Source: an uncultured delta proteobacterium (GTDB taxonomy: Bacteria; Desulfobacterota; Desulfomonilia; UBA1062). From it: a stretch of 64,000 bases of DNA. Location: contig CAWAUM010000005.1 of NCBI GenBank assembly GCA_963785235.1, positions 561,143 to 625,142 of the forward strand, given 5' to 3'. Of this stretch, positions 1-10,059 are shown in pieces (positions within the stretch are counted from its first letter, which is position 1; each line of letters opens with the position of its first letter). Under the pieces are notes generated by a model. The model saw only the letters and a list, made by a program, of their open reading frames with translations, made no database searches and was not told the DNA's origin. Made by a program: the position numbers and the translations under genes.

Positions 1-201
1 GAGGCAGTCTTCATCCTCCGGAAGGTCATCACGACAAAACCTGCCATGGCCGATCCTTATCTCTTGCTGGGCAAAATATACGAGTCGGACGGCAAGCGGA
101 TCGATGCTGCCCGGGTTTACGAGGAGGCTGCAGATAACGAAAACCTTGCTAGGAATGAACGCAGCTTATTCGGGCGGAAAAGCAAACTGATGAAGCAGTA
201 A
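1..201 (+). CDS. C-terminal part of a TPR-repeat protein (5' truncated by window)
   Basis: Frame 1 reads EAVFILRKVITTKPAMADPYLLLGKIYESDGKRIDAARVYEEA... to TAA at 199-201; TPR-like A..Y..LG..Y...G pattern. Confidence 0.6.
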   Translation, partial: EAVFILRKVITTKPAMADPYLLLGKIYESDGKRIDAARVYEEAADNENLARNERSLFGRKSKLMKQ

Positions 202-589
202 GAGCCCGTGTGATACTTTGTCCCAAGATGACCCAGTCCCAAATAGAAGTGGCCAAGAAACTGGCAAATAAGTGGAACCTCAATAATGAGACATAGCTGG
301 CTGGCGCCATGAATATTCCAGAACAGTCATACGGAATAGAGTATATCCATGAAATAAGGCTAACCCTCCAAAAGTTGGACCCTCCTGCATATTCATCGGG
401 AAAGATAATGTGTCAGAGACAACGAACTGAGTTGATATTTCAAAACCATAGAGTACATGCCAGGGATGACGCTTTGGTATGAAGCGACAAGTTTCATATG
501 TTTCAACACAAGATCATCAGTATCTAAAGATTTTAAAACCAAGATTAATTTGAATAATCTTAGATAATTGCAAACTGTTGATCGTGGCA

Positions 590-2450
590 GAGACCGTTGA
601 AAAAGCTGTTTTTGAAACGAAAGATTTCCCGGTACTTTGGTTAGTTGGTTAGTGTACTACCGATAGTCGCAGATTTTGGGTTTTATCGGACCATTCTTTG
701 GTTTCTTATCTCAACCTTCATATCTTTCTCTTCATGCAAAGCCATAATTAGCTATCTTTCCGATGTTGTGTACCATGCAGTACAGCAACCACTGGATATT
801 CACCTTGATCTTGCCCCTTACTGTGAACCGATCAAGCCGTTTGTGGGTGCGGATATTTGCGAACACCGGCTCTACTATGGCCATCCTCTGTGGGTAGATC
901 CTGCGTCCCTTCTCACTCTCGATCTTCTCTATCATAAGCTTGGTGAGGTTAATACCATCCGAGCCGATGGGAATGTTCAAGGTCTTTGGTCCACGGCCAT
1001 TGCCATATATGCACTTACCTCTTAACATACAACCGCTGCAGTCCTGTTCTTGTGCACCATATATTCGATAGAGCGTACCAGTACAGCGATGGCTCTTTAC
1101 CTTAAGACCTAGTTTTTTGCCGTTGGGGCATTCGTACTGATCGCTCTCCTCATCATAGTGGAAATCCTCCAATGCATAATGGGTCCTGATCGAGCGCCCC
1201 TTCCTTCCCTTAAACCGAGGATCTCTTGTACGGAATCTCTTATCAGGTATGTAGGCATCCATCCCTTCATCCATACACTTCTGGATATTCGCTTTGCTGT
1301 GATAGCCGCTGTCAGCAGCGAACATCGCCCCATTGAAGTAATCCCCGGGAAGACCTATCTCCTCCACGTTTTCCTTGGCCCCATCCACCATCGGAGGAAC
1401 AAGGTCATTATCATGGCCAGTACCGAATGCCTCCGCATGTACGATCACCTGTGTCTTGGAGTCCACTAGCGCTTGACCGTTATATCCCTGGATTGTCCCA
1501 TTGGATGTCACCATTTTCGAAGACTCGTTGTCTGTGATATTGCTCTTGATCTCCTTTCCATTCACCCCGAGACGCTCCCCGTTCTCCTTAAGCCATGCCT
1601 CGATACGATCAGCCTGCTTCTTCAGTTTTTCGATCTGTCTGCATCGGTAGGAACGATTATCAGGGGGAGTTGAATCATCATCTTCCTTCCGGTCTTCCTC
1701 TTCCTGTTCTGTCAGCAGTTCATTCACCTTCTCTTCGAGCTTCTGACGCTTCGCCCGTAACTCAGAAACCGTCCTGCTCCACTGCGGAGATGCATTGCAT
1801 GATAGCTTGCACCCGTCCAATGCGAAGAACGTTCCCCCGAGTAGCTTCATCTCTTCGCAAACAAGCAGTACATCCCGAAACAGCGGCAGAATCTCATCCT
1901 TCATGGAACTCACGAATGTGGAGATCGTGCTGTGGTCAGGGTACTGCCCGCAAGAAAGCGCCATGAATACTACATTCTCATGGCAGGCCTGTTCGATCTT
2001 CCTCGATGATGTCAGACCCCGTGAATACCCCAGCAATATCACCTTAAGCAGTATCCGTGGATCGTATGCACGCCGTCCTGTCTCATCATTCCTGTATTTT
2101 TCATCGAACAGGCTCATGTCCATACGCTCATCCACAAGCGTGTAAATCGCATACTCCAGACTCCCGGGCATGATCTGTTCCTTCAACCCTACCGGTATCA
2201 GCATGTCCTGTGCGTATGTGTAAGGTTTATACTTTGCCATGGTACCCTCTCGCTTCAGGAATAGGGAGATTCAGAAAGAAATCTTTCCCGTTAAGACAAT
2301 AACCTTATATCACATAATATATTGATAATAAAGATCTAATTTACTTTTTTATGAAATAATTGATCTGTTTAGGTCTTCTGAACTCGGATTCTTTTTTAAA
2401 TAAATGATCTGCTTCTATCCTTTGCGTTAGGAGGCTTTTTCAACAGTTTC
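590..2450 (-). mobile_element. IS1182-family insertion sequence, apparently complete
   Basis: Terminal IRs GAGACCGTTGAAAAAGC (590-606) and GCTTTTTCAACAGTTTC (2434-2450), 15/17 match; GCA on both flanks (587-589, 2451-2453); internal transposase. Confidence 0.9.
732..2240 (-). CDS. IS1182-family DDE transposase
   Basis: 502 aa with GRRAYDP, SSRKIE, PDHSTIS, ALDGCK, NITD, GYNGQ, ADSGY, Cys-rich insert and RMAIVEPVFANI motifs. Confidence 0.93.
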   Translation of the reverse strand: MAKYKPYTYAQDMLIPVGLKEQIMPGSLEYAIYTLVDERMDMSLFDEKYRNDETGRRAYDPRILLKVILLGYSRGLTSSRKIEQACHENVVFMALSCGQYPDHSTISTFVSSMKDEILPLFRDVLLVCEEMKLLGGTFFALDGCKLSCNASPQWSRTVSELRAKRQKLEEKVNELLTEQEEEDRKEDDDSTPPDNRSYRCRQIEKLKKQADRIEAWLKENGERLGVNGKEIKSNITDNESSKMVTSNGTIQGYNGQALVDSKTQVIVHAEAFGTGHDNDLVPPMVDGAKENVEEIGLPGDYFNGAMFAADSGYHSKANIQKCMDEGMDAYIPDKRFRTRDPRFKGRKGRSIRTHYALEDFHYDEESDQYECPNGKKLGLKVKSHRCTGTLYRIYGAQEQDCSGCMLRGKCIYGNGRGPKTLNIPIGSDGINLTKLMIEKIESEKGRRIYPQRMAIVEPVFANIRTHKRLDRFTVRGKIKVNIQWLLYCMVHNIGKIANYGFA

Positions 2451-2637
2451 GCACGTAATCTCCAGTTTCTCAGGGCTTAAGGGACCGATGATTCTATTTC
2501 AGAATCAACCCTGTAATTCCTTTTTTTTATGACTTGACAGGGGAGAGGACCATTATTAATGGTAAACCATATTGTGCATATTGTGGGGGATGGGAAAATA
2601 CCCCTGCGTCCTTTTTGTGCAATATTGGAGGGTTCCT

Positions 2638-3546
2638 ATGACAGACAATGGAAATCTCCTGCCGGCATGCGCTGGCGGTCACATACCCACGGATCCGGAT
2701 CTACTGGTTATTCGCTGGTTGGGAACAGCCAATATTGAACTCTCGTATCAGGGGCAGATCATTCTTGTGAATGCCTTTATCGATCGCGGTCCCCGGCACT
2801 TTTCCATCGGTATCCTATCAGAGCAAATCCAGCAACTAGATGCCATTGTCATCGGTCATGGACATTACGATCACATATCCGATGCCGCCGCTGTCACCAT
2901 GAAAACCGGGGCAAGCGTTTTTGCGCCGCCATTTGCCCGGGAAAAAATCCTCTCCCAGGGAGTATCACCGGATCAAATCAACCTGGTCACGGACGGCGGT
3001 ATTTACTCATTCAACGGTTTCAAGGTCCAGGCCGTCCTTGCCCAACATTGCGAATTCCCATCCTACATAGGTAAAATATGTGACGCCTATAATGAAGCTA
3101 TTCCGCCAACCGCCGAGGTCGCGGCCCTGGAAGAAACGATCATGTTAAAGGGGGCATGGGACCCGGATATTATCACCCAGGGGACCTTTGCGTATCTTTT
3201 CACCTTCGACAGCGGCTACCGCGTCATTATTCGCGATAGCGCCGGTCCTATCACCAATTCCGAACGGGCACTCATGGAGCAGATCAAGGGAACTGACATC
3301 GCAATGGTCGCCTATCAAGCACAGGTCTTTGCCCAGAAACAGATTCCGGAAACACTCCCCCTAGTGAAGCTGTACAATCCAAAGACATACATCCCAATCC
3401 ATCATGACGCGCTGGTACCATGGGCCCTTGATATGGGGGTGGGTTCATTGTTCATGGCCATACGGGATGAATTGCCCGCAACGAAATCGCTCTTTCCATT
3501 ATATCTTGAACCCATCAGCTTCAACATACTAACCAATGGCATTTGA
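2638..3546 (+). CDS. MBL-fold metallo-hydrolase (UlaG-like)
   Basis: WLGTA, GHGHYDHISD (HxHxDH), IPIHHD; GGAGG RBS before ATG 2638. Confidence 0.85.
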   Translation: MTDNGNLLPACAGGHIPTDPDLLVIRWLGTANIELSYQGQIILVNAFIDRGPRHFSIGILSEQIQQLDAIVIGHGHYDHISDAAAVTMKTGASVFAPPFAREKILSQGVSPDQINLVTDGGIYSFNGFKVQAVLAQHCEFPSYIGKICDAYNEAIPPTAEVAALEETIMLKGAWDPDIITQGTFAYLFTFDSGYRVIIRDSAGPITNSERALMEQIKGTDIAMVAYQAQVFAQKQIPETLPLVKLYNPKTYIPIHHDALVPWALDMGVGSLFMAIRDELPATKSLFPLYLEPISFNILTNGI

Positions 3547-3773
3547 ATTTGAAGGCTGATGTTTAAAAAATCCTAAGAAACTGATGAGTTCGCGTTAGAG
3601 ACAATAATCGGAGTTTGGACTTTGAAACCATATCTGGCCGAAGGTGGTTGCATTCCTCCTTGTTGACCTGTATATCAATATCAGTTCAAGCCCCGCTCGG
3701 CATCCTTGCCGAGTGGTGTTCTGACCTCCTTTACGCCGGGTTGCGCCAATGCTTCCCGGTCTTTTTTTATGAC

Positions 3774-3789
3774 ATACGTTTAAACGTAT
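3774..3789. promoter_or_regulatory. Perfect 16-bp palindrome, probable operator of the downstream RHH protein
   Basis: ATACGTTTAAACGTAT about 40 bp upstream of ATG 3828. Confidence 0.5.
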
Positions 3790-3827
3790 ATCTTGATTTG
3801 AGTGTAAATGTGTGCAAGTATGTGTGT

Positions 3828-3986
3828 ATGACAGATACAAAAAGAATCCCGTTCACTACTACGTTAAACAAAGACCTTATCAAGAAATTGAAGTTGTTAG
3901 CAGTAGAGAGGGAAACTGCTGTCAACGTGCTTATCGAAGAGGCTGTGAATCAATACCTTGAGAAGCCTACCAAGAAGCCTAAATAG
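3828..3986 (+). CDS. Ribbon-helix-helix DNA-binding protein
   Basis: MTDTKRIPFTTTLNKDLIKKLKLLAVERETAVNVLIEEAVNQYL is a typical RHH beta-alpha-alpha pattern. Confidence 0.8.
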   Translation: MTDTKRIPFTTTLNKDLIKKLKLLAVERETAVNVLIEEAVNQYLEKPTKKPK

Positions 3987-4029
3987 ACCGTATAAAATCG
4001 CTGTAGGTACATAGTAATAGGAGAGCTTC

Positions 4030-4182
4030 ATGACGGTTAAAATATTTCATTCCAATCTTGATAACTTAGAATCAGATGCTCAGGAATGGCTTTGTGCAAA
4101 CCCAAACATAAAAATCCATTTCATAACTCAATCGCAATCTGATTCTGGTAGAATGGTTCTTACAATTTTCTACACGAATTGA
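4030..4182 (+). CDS. 50-aa small protein (Cse60/DUF2758-like pattern)
   Basis: Not in ORF track; MTVKIFHSNLDNLESDAQEWLCANPNIKIHFITQSQSDSGRMVLTIFYTN; GGAGA RBS upstream, GC hairpin downstream. Confidence 0.55.
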   Translation: MTVKIFHSNLDNLESDAQEWLCANPNIKIHFITQSQSDSGRMVLTIFYTN

Positions 4183-4243
4183 GGGGGACAGTCATAAAGG
4201 CTGCCCCTCTTCATGCAAATGTATTAGAGATTTCTGCGATAAC

Positions 4244-4918
4244 GTGCGCCACGAAGGCGCGAAGAGGTAGCCTAAAGGGCTACATTGGAGCAGCCATGCT
4301 GCATGGAAGATGAGGGGAGGCCCCTCGGGATCGGGTTACAGGATCAGATCTCAAACCGCCTGGCGCTGCGTGGGGATAAGATCCCAGGTGGTGAGCGGTC
4401 CAGGAAAAGGCGAGGCAAGACCTTGTCAGGTGAGGACCAGGAAGGCGAACGAGAGTGAACCACTGATGAGCTGTCGAAAAGATACAGACGTCATCGAAAC
4501 CGGGCTTTGTTATCGGGTCCGGGACAGAGTCTGGGGGGAACCTGTTTACTGCCCAGATGGTGGCCGGCAGAAAGGTGGCGCGAGCCTGGTACAGGCTTTC
4601 ATGCGGAACGTGGGAACCTGGCGCTCTGATGCTAAGGGAGAAGTCGAAGTGGAGGCCCCATGAAGACGAGAGTACCGATGCAGAGCGCAGGGGCGGATCA
4701 GCCCGTAGTAGTGAAGAAACTTCTGTAATGGAAGTGGAGCGAAGGGGCTGAGCTGTCCAACCTTATTTATGAGTCAACCAGCAATGGGAGGAGCTTATGG
4801 ATAAGGCAAAGTCGTTTGGTATAATACCTGCGACTGGACAGTAGGAGCCGGATGAGGTGAGAGTCTCACGTCCGGTTCTGTGAGGGCGTGGGGGTGCGAT
4901 TCCCCTGCGCTACTCGAC
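4244..4918 (+). ncRNA. Group II intron ribozyme (IIB, class D-like) lacking its RT ORF
   Basis: 5' GTGCG at 4244; domain V GAGCCGGATGAGGTGAGAGTCTCACGTCCGGTTC from 4845; domain VI ending CTACTCGAC at 4918; EBS1 GTTATCG (4509-4515) complementary to 5' exon CGATAAC (4237-4243). Confidence 0.92.
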
Positions 4919-5027
4919 TTTCTCGTTTCGAAATACCTTAAAACCGAAGATACGTGGATTTAATCTATGTTCCTTATTCCGACCCATACTTACGTACAGC
5001 GACCTCAGGGCTGGTCATTAGCCTGTA

Positions 5028-5216
5028 CTAAGTTATTATATCTACCTTGTCACTCTTTACTGCCTCTGCTGTTTTATCAGTGGGTTTTTCTAGACTTTTC
5101 TGCATGAGGATTACCATTAATTCGGCACTTGTTGGCAAAGCTCTGATTTTCTCCCCAGCAGACGGCAGAGTGTTACTTCTTATATTCAGGTTCGCAGTTA
5201 TATCATTTATGTTCAT
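5028..5216 (-). CDS. Small hypothetical protein
   Basis: ORF with AGGAG RBS before MNINDIT; ends KVDIIT. Confidence 0.45.
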   Translation of the reverse strand: MNINDITANLNIRSNTLPSAGEKIRALPTSAELMVILMQKSLEKPTDKTAEAVKSDKVDIIT

Positions 5217-5441
5217 AGCGGCTCTCCTTGGCCTCATGTTCTTTAAATGATAACAACTAAATGTCTTATCGGATGTTTGTCAATTATAATAATACATTAA
5301 TTAATAATTTATAATGCTCAATAAAGAGGAACTATCTCACACTAAAATCGATAAATTATCAATTGTTGAGGTTTTAAGTTATAGAACTGATTTTCCGATA
5401 GTATTTTACATAAGATCAATTGAATTATTTTAGGGGGGCAT

Positions 5442-5747
5442 ATGCAATTGAAGTCAAAGAAAAGAGGAGATACTCTTTTTATTAAAATCATCGGTGCCAT
5501 TGATACCCTTGCAGCAGAAAACCTGAGATTTGAACTTAGGGAGATCCTACTACAAAACCCTCAAAAAGTAGTATTGGATCTCAAGAAGGTTCCAACTATG
5601 GGATCATTAGGCATCGGCAAGATACTCATGTTCTTTAAAAGTCTTGATAGCTCTAAGGCAAGTTTCGAGATTAAAGGAATCCATGAAAATCTTTATCCAT
5701 TTTTCAAATCAGTTAAACTTGACAAGCTTTTCCCCATTTCTCAATAA
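5442..5747 (+). CDS. STAS-domain anti-sigma-factor antagonist
   Basis: GAIDT...VVLDLKKVPTMGSLGIG...IKGI STAS signature. Confidence 0.88.
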   Translation: MQLKSKKRGDTLFIKIIGAIDTLAAENLRFELREILLQNPQKVVLDLKKVPTMGSLGIGKILMFFKSLDSSKASFEIKGIHENLYPFFKSVKLDKLFPISQ

Positions 5748-5878
5748 GGAGCAAGCAGCAAAGGGGAATATACATACCCGAAGTGTAAATTTCGTGTCAG
5801 ATGTCATGGCATAAGTTGCAATTTTAGGTACGCAAATCTCATCAAGAGATATCACGTTCGACAGGTCAATAATAATTG

Positions 5879-7057
5879 CTATGCAGATATCAACCTGTTC
5901 AGTTTATCTGATTCTGCATGAGAAAATTCCATAGCCACTCCAATGCCAGAGGATCTAACAACACGTCCTTGCACCCACACTGGTCTCTCTGATTTACTGA
6001 TATCCAAATTTGCATTCACATAGGTTCCTTCATCGAGGGCCAAATTCGTATCTACATATATTCCACCCAGACTAATATTTACTGCATGCCCTAATTCATA
6101 ATATTGTGCATTCCTGCTACAAGGAATGTTCACCGCAACACCCATAGCAGCTTCTGCTCGCTTGTGTACCCTTCGAGTTTCCTGTTTGACCGGAAACCAT
6201 TTTTCTTTGTATTCTGACATAACCTTTTTCACTCTATCAGAGGTCCTGATATTCCGGATAGTTGGTGGGTTTGGTCGCTGAGGCATTGTTATCAAAACCT
6301 GATTCAGCCAATCCGAACTGTACTCGGCTATTTCATTCCAACCCGGTTCACCAATAACCCAGTGGGTGTGATTTGAAAATTCTTTAAAAGTGGTAACTGC
6401 GTTATACTTATCTGCAACTCTTCGGACAACTGATGAAGGAGTGAGTTTATCTTGCCCTCCTGAGATAACGAGTGTAGGGCACGTGATCTTTGCCGAATCA
6501 ACACTGGAAACACTTTTTCGATCCAAAAGCCAATAACCGATTTCGAATGCAGCCCTGCCGGATTCAGGTACCAATTTTTCATAAATCTCTTTCCGCTCCT
6601 CAACAGGAATTAATTGCATCGTGGCATACACTGCTTCATTAAATGTCGGCAGTATTGGCTTCCGCCAGAATCCCGGTCTCGTCATTGAACTCCAGAAGCT
6701 TTTTATTACAGATGCTCTCAAGGCAATTATCCCTTTTGGTGAAGCTGGTGTAAGAAGCACTAGCGCTTTTGCTAAACCCCTGCTTCCAAGCATTTGCGCA
6801 AGAAGACCCCCCATGGAATGCCCCATGAGAATAGGTTTTTGATCAAGCTTATAGATTTCCTTTTCAAGGTCCTCTACATAATCGAACAGACTCGTTGTAC
6901 CTACTTGATTGTTAGGGTCATCCTTGTATTTTTTATTGTGATATCTGAGGTTAGGAGTAATGCAGTGATACCCTTTTGATTCAAAGAACCTCTTATAATT
7001 GTCCCATACCCAATCTCCACACCACATTCCATGGATCATCATTATATGCTCGCTCAT
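5879..7057 (-). CDS. Alpha/beta hydrolase with C-terminal PilZ domain
   Basis: IHGMW, GHSMGG, GGQDKLT, NHTHW catalytic motifs; C-terminal RRVHKR (RxxxR), NISLGG (D/NxSxxG), GRVVR; GGAGGT RBS before ATG 7057. Confidence 0.85.
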   Translation of the reverse strand: MSEHIMMIHGMWCGDWVWDNYKRFFESKGYHCITPNLRYHNKKYKDDPNNQVGTTSLFDYVEDLEKEIYKLDQKPILMGHSMGGLLAQMLGSRGLAKALVLLTPASPKGIIALRASVIKSFWSSMTRPGFWRKPILPTFNEAVYATMQLIPVEERKEIYEKLVPESGRAAFEIGYWLLDRKSVSSVDSAKITCPTLVISGGQDKLTPSSVVRRVADKYNAVTTFKEFSNHTHWVIGEPGWNEIAEYSSDWLNQVLITMPQRPNPPTIRNIRTSDRVKKVMSEYKEKWFPVKQETRRVHKRAEAAMGVAVNIPCSRNAQYYELGHAVNISLGGIYVDTNLALDEGTYVNANLDISKSERPVWVQGRVVRSSGIGVAMEFSHAESDKLNRLISA

Positions 7058-7304
7058 TATGAACCTCCATATTGATGATTCAAATAATAGTGTTGTTTCA
7101 CAAATTATCAATAGGTTAATTATAAGTATCTTATGGAAGACTCGTGACAGGCGATCCTATAATGAAAAAGATGACATTGTGCTATTGTTATATTATAGAG
7201 ATGCTAATGCTCAAACCCAGTAAGAGCCATTCTTCATGAACTTAGCTTATTAATAAGGGACTGAGCATGATAATACGTGGTTTGGTAAATACGAGGAGGG
7301 AATC

Positions 7305-7580
7305 ATGACAAAATCGGAGTTGGTTGATGTAGTTGCTAATAAGGCGGGACTACCAAAAGCAAAGGTCTTAAATGCAATCGATGCACTTACAGATGCGATC
7401 CAAGGCGCACTCAAGAAAGGTGATAAGGTTACTCTGATAGGCTTCGGTACCTTCGATGTGGCTAAAAGAGCTGCACGTACAGGTATGAATCCCCGTACAA
7501 AAGAGAAGATAAAGATCAAGGCCAGTAAGGCTCCTCGTTTCAAGGCAGGACAAGCATTCAAAGCTGTGGTGAATAAGTAG
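7305..7580 (+). CDS. hup: HU DNA-binding protein
   Basis: MTKSELV...VTLIGFGTF...RAARTGMNPRTKEKIKI...PRFKAG. Confidence 0.95.
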   Translation: MTKSELVDVVANKAGLPKAKVLNAIDALTDAIQGALKKGDKVTLIGFGTFDVAKRAARTGMNPRTKEKIKIKASKAPRFKAGQAFKAVVNK

Positions 7581-7618
7581 GAGCAATTTTTGGGACATGT
7601 TTACATAAGGGGAAGATC

Positions 7619-8008
7619 ATGGAATTAAATAAAGCAAAAGATTTCTGCAATCGATGGTTACCTGCTTGGACAGGCAACCGACCTGAATTTCTTATCTCAT
7701 TCTACGCTGATGATGCCTTTTATTCAGATCCGTTCATTCCTAAAGGAGTTAAAGGTAAAGAGCAGATCTTAGCTTATTTTAGAAACTTCGTAAGCTTTTA
7801 TCCCAGCTGGGAGTATGAGTACGTTGAGATATTTCCCACAGAAAATGGATTCACATTAAAATGGAAAGTGTCTCTTCCTTTTGAAAACGGCACTGTTGTT
7901 GATTATGGTTTAGATATTGTTGAAGTATCGAATGATAAGATAATACGTAATGAAGTATATTTTGATACTGCTCGTCTTCTGAAAGCTATAAAGAAGAACC
8001 AATCTTAA
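7619..8008 (+). CDS. NTF2/SnoaL-like protein
   Basis: AWTG...FYADDAFYSDP...GKEQI...GLDIVEV...KIIRNEVYFD. Confidence 0.85.
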   Translation: MELNKAKDFCNRWLPAWTGNRPEFLISFYADDAFYSDPFIPKGVKGKEQILAYFRNFVSFYPSWEYEYVEIFPTENGFTLKWKVSLPFENGTVVDYGLDIVEVSNDKIIRNEVYFDTARLLKAIKKNQS

Positions 8009-8013
8009 ATGAG

Positions 8014-8340
8014 ATGAAGCATCATAGCACTATTTTTGCAGGAGCTGATCTTGGGAACCGATACAAGTGTTTTAAGTGTGGCACCAAGTTTTATGACCTA
8101 AGCAGACCAGAACCCCTCTGCCCTTCCTGTGCAGTCAATCAAAACGATGATGAGGCAAAGGTTTTGCACAAACGGAAGAAAAGACGTAAGTCCTCTTCTT
8201 TCGTAAGTACAGATCATGCCATCACTGCTCCAGAAGATAGTGATGATGTGATCGAAGTTGTTAGTGAAGTTGATGCTGAATATGCTGTGGATGCTGATGA
8301 CAATGACCTTGATGAGCAAACAGATACAGATGATGAATAG
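8014..8340 (+). CDS. TIGR02300/FYDLN-acid family protein
   Basis: LGNRYKCFKCGTKFYDL...LCPSC zinc ribbon plus acidic tail. Confidence 0.85.
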   Translation: MKHHSTIFAGADLGNRYKCFKCGTKFYDLSRPEPLCPSCAVNQNDDEAKVLHKRKKRRKSSSFVSTDHAITAPEDSDDVIEVVSEVDAEYAVDADDNDLDEQTDTDDE

Positions 8341-8419
8341 TGATTAAGTAATATAGTATAAAAAAGAGTTATATTTTTGGGGTAGGCTGTTGAGGACGGA
8401 CGATAAAGAAACAAAAAAA

Positions 8420-8641
8420 ATGTACCTTACGATGGCTGATTTAAGCACCATTGGAATCTCTGTGATTCTGTCCCTTGTCGTGTGTCTGGGCTTTGGCATC
8501 TATCTGGACAGTCACTTTGGTACCTACCCTATCTTCACCGTTATTCTCATGTTACTGGGTATCCTTTCAGGATTCTGGATCATGTACAAGAATTACATGA
8601 AATTCTTCGACAAAAGCAAATCCGATGGTTCCAAGAAGTGA
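8420..8641 (+). CDS. AtpZ/AtpI-like (ATPase gene 1) membrane protein, not next to an atp operon
   Basis: IGISVI...GIYLDSHFGTYPIF...LGILSGF two-TM signature. Confidence 0.8.
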   Translation: MYLTMADLSTIGISVILSLVVCLGFGIYLDSHFGTYPIFTVILMLLGILSGFWIMYKNYMKFFDKSKSDGSKK

Positions 8642-8722
8642 AGTATAGAACTGAGTTGGAATTTTCAAAACCATAGATAAGATGCCATTCTCAAAAGTTT
8701 CTTTCTACAGAATCGGTTGAAT

Positions 8723-9577
8723 CTACATGCTCACTTGTTCATGGCTTTTATCATTTTCCTGATCCGCTTTCATCCGCCTTTTCACCTTTTCGGTATTTGT
8801 TTTCGTCAACCCTACTAGCCGCGCAGTCGCATCAAACAGTCGTGGGAACAAGACGTTAACCAACATGAACGGCTTGTACGGAATGCTGCTGACAATAACT
8901 CGACTTTTGTATTTCAAGGTACATTTAATAACCTTGTCAGCAACATTCCTGCTTGTACAAGACCCAATAATAGCGGGATATTTTACACCCATATTATAAA
9001 TCATACCGGTATCGCTCACTGCCCCTGGACTAACCGAAGAGACTTTAACGCCTGTTTTGTGCAACTCCTGGCGCAGCGCATCAGTCCATGAATCAATTCC
9101 GCCTTTAGATGCATCATAAATACTGTTGTAAATCTCAGGTGCTCTGCCATCCGGTGAGCTGATATTGATGATGTGCCCCTTTTCCCTTTTGAGCATGCCA
9201 GGGAGTAGCAATCGGGTCAGTTCCATGGGCGCAATCAGATTCACTGAAAGAATGGATGTAAAGTCCTCCCGTTGATACTTTGTAAAGAAGCAATATTTTT
9301 CCAAACCCGCATTATTCACTAAAACATCTACATGGGGTGCCAGCTTATAGATCTTTTCAGCCAAGTCTTCTATTTCCACAGTCTTTGCAAGATCAAACGG
9401 TATGGCATGTACTTTGCCACCTAGAGTTTCAACCTGCTCACATGTTTTTTTAAGCCCATCTGCCGATCGTGCGATCAGAATTAGATTTGCATTTTTCTTG
9501 GCAAATTCTTCGGCAATGGCAACCCCAATACCTCTGCTTGCACCTGTAATGACGACCCATGAATTATTTAAATTCAT
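8723..9577 (-). CDS. Short-chain dehydrogenase/reductase
   Basis: TGASRGIG, NNAG, YDASK. Confidence 0.92.
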   Translation of the reverse strand: MNLNNSWVVITGASRGIGVAIAEEFAKKNANLILIARSADGLKKTCEQVETLGGKVHAIPFDLAKTVEIEDLAEKIYKLAPHVDVLVNNAGLEKYCFFTKYQREDFTSILSVNLIAPMELTRLLLPGMLKREKGHIINISSPDGRAPEIYNSIYDASKGGIDSWTDALRQELHKTGVKVSSVSPGAVSDTGMIYNMGVKYPAIIGSCTSRNVADKVIKCTLKYKSRVIVSSIPYKPFMLVNVLFPRLFDATARLVGLTKTNTEKVKRRMKADQENDKSHEQVSM

Positions 9578-10059
9578 TTCATCCTCCTCATCAGGCTTTA
9601 AAATGAATACTAAGTCTTAATAGATGAAATAAGATTCCACGGGAATATCATCAGTTTATGATCTTCATAAAGATAATCAAACAATAATTGATAATAGATC
9701 ATTAAATAGTATTTATTGAATAACAAAATGACTATTGTCTTTGCCTTATGATAATGCTTCAGACTTGATAGAAGTCAATAGGTGTTGATAATAATTTCCG
9801 TATACATAGACTGAAGCTTTCGTTATGCGTGGTCAGTAATGAACCGGATCTAGGCATAGATAACATCAGCAGATCATCATTTTTAGGGCATTTACAAAAC
9901 GCCCATCTATCGCAGTACTCATCGGTTCGAGTAAAGCGGTGATTTTGAGTTATAATCTTTGGTGGACATCACGAATGGTAACAGCGTGATGTATGGCACC
10001 CATGTTTTAAAAATCGTAACATCTTACACAAAATTTCCGATGAATCTGATCCTGATGAG

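Noticed and set aside
3576-3620. Hammerhead ribozyme suggested by CTGATGAG (also at 20104 and 4463)
   Set aside because: No correctly placed stem II plus GAAA and stem III; the 4463 copy is inside intron domain I
4310-4751. ORFs 4310-4663 and 4557-4751
   Set aside because: They overlap the structured intron RNA and show no protein motifs
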